This document shows, piece by piece, positions 40,831 to 42,952 of a DNA stretch of 42,952 nucleotides; positions within the stretch are counted from its first letter, which is position 1, and each line of letters begins with the position of its first letter. The notes under the pieces were generated by a model that was not told the DNA's origin, made no database searches, and was given only the letters and a program-made list of their open reading frames with translations. Made by a program: the position numbers and the translations under genes. The DNA comes from a bacterium (GTDB lineage Bacteria; Zhuqueibacterota; QNDG01; DSAB01): assembly GCA_043824415.1 (NCBI GenBank), contig JBDRSZ010000164.1, positions 1 through 42,952 of the forward strand, written 5' to 3'.

Positions 40831-41013
40831 GGAGAAAATGGGGAATTTATGGTAAAAGCTTTTTTTTAGTGGCATGATTGTTGTATTCTTGAGTATGAAT
40901 TCATCGGAATTGGGTTCGGGGAACGGCAATATTTGCAGGGTGTGCGGGTAAAAAATAGATGCTTAGAGGATGGGAACGGCGTGTTTTCACATGACACTAC
41001 CGAGGATAATTGA

Positions 41014-42390
41014 ATGAAGAGAGCACAGGGTCATTTGGGTTTTGTGACGCAAAATGTCATCTTGGGAACGATCACCGGAACGATGGTTGCGTATAACCTG
41101 AGGATTTTATACCAACGGGTCGGTGTCACCGATCTCATCTGGGTGATGTTCTTCCTGATGGGTCCGTTGGTCGGCTTTCTCAGTGGGAGGGAGCGCCAGC
41201 GTTTGGAGAGGATGAAGAAGGAGAAGACGGCGCTCAAAGAAAATTTAGACAGGATTCAATCGGCGCTGAAAAAATCGACGAAAAAATATCAACTTCTGGT
41301 TGAGCATGCGAGCGATGCAATCTATCTAACGACAGAGGAGGGCAGGTTCATTCTGTTCAACGAGGCCACCTGCCTGTTTTCCGGTTATAGCAGGGATGAG
41401 TTGGTAAGGATGCCGGTCTCTCAGCTCAAGGTAGAGGACAATGTGGATGAAAAGCATCGTAAAAGCTGGCTGGATAATGGATACTGTCGTTATGAAGAAA
41501 AATGGCTAAAAAAGAACGGGGATGTGGTTCCACTGGACATCAATGCCCGTTGGATACGGCTTGGAGAGCATCGGTTGATTCTCCATGTCAGCCGGAATAT
41601 TACGCGCTGGAAAGAGGAGGATCAGGAAGAGAATGCAAGAATGGTTCGACGTTATCAAGAGGGCAGGTACGTCGAAATGGCGTCCGTCCAGCGCGCCCTG
41701 CTGAGCCGGGTGTTGAGTCCCGTAACGGATACAGTGAGCCTCCTCCATTTACTCCTGAAGAAGTATCCTGATGACGTAGAGCAATTCTCCGGACTTTTAT
41801 CGGAATGGGGGTCAACCCGAAAATTACTACAGGACCTCACGATAAAAAATTTCAGGGATTTTAAATCCACGCCGTGCCGCTGGGATTTGAATGAGATCCT
41901 GAAGCAAGAACTCAATTACTTGGATGTCGTGACGGATTTCGGCGGATTTATTAAGCAGACTTCTTTTACTCCGAACCTTCCTGCTGTTTTCGGTTTCGGG
42001 AGGGATTTCTCAATCTCCTTTTATACAGTCCTGCGGGCAATCATGGAATCAATGAAGAATTCGGATCAGAGAGAAATGACAATTTCGACAAGGCTTTTGG
42101 ACGATCATATTCTGGTTGAGATTCGAACGGCTTCTGAGGTGTCCTTCCAAGATCACCTGTGCCGGATAATCGATCCATATTACGATCGGGACGACTCTAC
42201 GATTCACGGGAAAACGGATGTCGGACTGCTGATTTGTCGGTTGTTGTTTGAGTCTTTCGGCGCAAGAATGGATGTGGGGGAACAGGGGAATGGGGGAACA
42301 CTCATTCGTATCCGTGTTCCGATTGTTGAGAATGGAGCTGCGGATGCAAGAGTACAGAGAGTAGTTTCAATGGAGTCGGTCATTATCTGA
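41014..42390 (+). CDS. Membrane PAS protein with degenerate histidine-kinase-like C-terminus
   Basis: Two N-terminal TM segments, a coiled coil, a PAS (KYQLLVEHASDAIYLTTEEGRFILFNEAT..), and a C-terminal GHKL-like end (GNGGTLIRIRVP). The expected H-box reads ASVQRALLS (no His), and the N/G boxes look eroded (KTDVGLLI). Confidence 0.7.
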   Translation: MKRAQGHLGFVTQNVILGTITGTMVAYNLRILYQRVGVTDLIWVMFFLMGPLVGFLSGRERQRLERMKKEKTALKENLDRIQSALKKSTKKYQLLVEHASDAIYLTTEEGRFILFNEATCLFSGYSRDELVRMPVSQLKVEDNVDEKHRKSWLDNGYCRYEEKWLKKNGDVVPLDINARWIRLGEHRLILHVSRNITRWKEEDQEENARMVRRYQEGRYVEMASVQRALLSRVLSPVTDTVSLLHLLLKKYPDDVEQFSGLLSEWGSTRKLLQDLTIKNFRDFKSTPCRWDLNEILKQELNYLDVVTDFGGFIKQTSFTPNLPAVFGFGRDFSISFYTVLRAIMESMKNSDQREMTISTRLLDDHILVEIRTASEVSFQDHLCRIIDPYYDRDDSTIHGKTDVGLLICRLLFESFGARMDVGEQGNGGTLIRIRVPIVENGAADARVQRVVSMESVII

Positions 42391-42396
42391 TGAGGT

Positions 42397-42952
42397 TCAG
42401 GCGTTTCGTTTTTTAAAGATGCGCTGGGTGCGTTCGTAGCTTGAGATATCTCCCAACGGGTAGAACGATTCTTCGAATAAAAAATTCCAGACAGTCATTT
42501 TCCGGACAAGCCAGGACAAGAAGTGACCGGGGGCGTCCGGGTCGTTGTGAGCGTTCAGATACCGACTGATGAAAGGCAGCGTTGATCTGGAGAGGATGTA
42601 AAGACAGGGAGCGACGAGGTTTGATTTCGGATGGGAGGGTTTTTCGACGAAGCGGAAAACCCGACCCCGAGCATCGATCCGGGCGTTTCCAGAATTTCGG
42701 AGCACGTGGGGATCGTTACTCGGATGGAGAGTGATGATGCTCTTGCCCTTTTCGTAGAAAGCATCCACCAAACTCTGAAAGTCGAAGGTAAAGAGATCAT
42801 CCGCCGCAGAGACCATGAGGTCATCGTCGATACAGAATGTGTCGATCGCCAGGGCAATATCGCGTATAGCTCCGAGACGTGTTTCGTTGGAAGTCGTTCC
42901 GTCGTTCAGAAGATGGATGGGTAGACGCTTCGATTTTCTCCTCGTCTCGAAC
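42397..42952 (-). CDS. Sugar-phosphate nucleotidyltransferase-like protein, N-terminus beyond the window edge (partial)
   Basis: ORF track 42397..42816. I translated the same frame upstream by hand and it stays open to the window end (..PIHLLNDGTTSNETRLGAIRDIALAIDTFCIDDDLMVSAADDLF..). This is an NTP_transferase-like pattern, followed by IDARGRVFRFVEKP. Confidence 0.65.
   Translation of the reverse strand, partial: FETRRKSKRLPIHLLNDGTTSNETRLGAIRDIALAIDTFCIDDDLMVSAADDLFTFDFQSLVDAFYEKGKSIITLHPSNDPHVLRNSGNARIDARGRVFRFVEKPSHPKSNLVAPCLYILSRSTLPFISRYLNAHNDPDAPGHFLSWLVRKMTVWNFLFEESFYPLGDISSYERTQRIFKKRNA

Noticed and set aside
40778-41013. Looked for a purine or ZTP (pfl) riboswitch upstream of purL
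   Set aside because: The minus-strand leader is only about 20-25 nt between the predicted -10 box and the RBS. It lacks the conserved ZTP or purine riboswitch core sequences.

Overview
About 43 kb of a moderate-GC bacterial chromosome with diderm-type envelope genes. I count roughly 35 credible protein genes. No rRNA, tRNA or CRISPR array was seen by eye.

Layout, left to right:
1. 1-4520: a secreted-subunit / exported Ig-like protein / giant outer-membrane protein locus.
2. 4556-12286: a four-gene phosphorelay with no output domain. Its sensors share an unusual repeated 2-TM membrane module.
3. 12783-17031: a minus-strand block (xth, VTT membrane protein, radical SAM/SPASM, CDP-alcohol phosphatidyltransferase, HExxH protein). 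It is bracketed by two direct copies of a ~0.4 kb hairpin-rich repeat.
4. GNAT, a small hypothetical protein, and an OPT transporter.
5. 20.7-30.05 kb: a compositional mosaic of three blocks.
   - AT-rich DUF559 plus a standalone SIR2-like gene.
   - A GC-rich lexA-imuB-[GxxExxY insertion]-dnaE2 mutagenesis cassette with no imuA.
   - An AT-rich TcmP + three-Cys DUF5131 (Gp37/Gp68-like) pair.
6. PadR plus a duplicated FtsX-type permease.
7. The pdaD / deoxyhypusine-synthase-like / speB polyamine operon.
8. DUF72, purQ, and a PurS-PurS-PurL fusion.
9. A degenerate PAS kinase-like protein and a partial nucleotidyltransferase.

The most promising candidates for undescribed biology are the TcmP/DUF5131 pair, the SIR2-like islet, the mosaic they form around the SOS mutagenesis cassette, the surface-assembly-like locus at the left end, and several families of structured intergenic repeats.

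CDS coordinates follow the ORF track, with starts re-chosen where stated. Non-CDS coordinates were hand-counted and may be off by 1-3 nt. All family assignments come from motif recognition by eye, not from searches.
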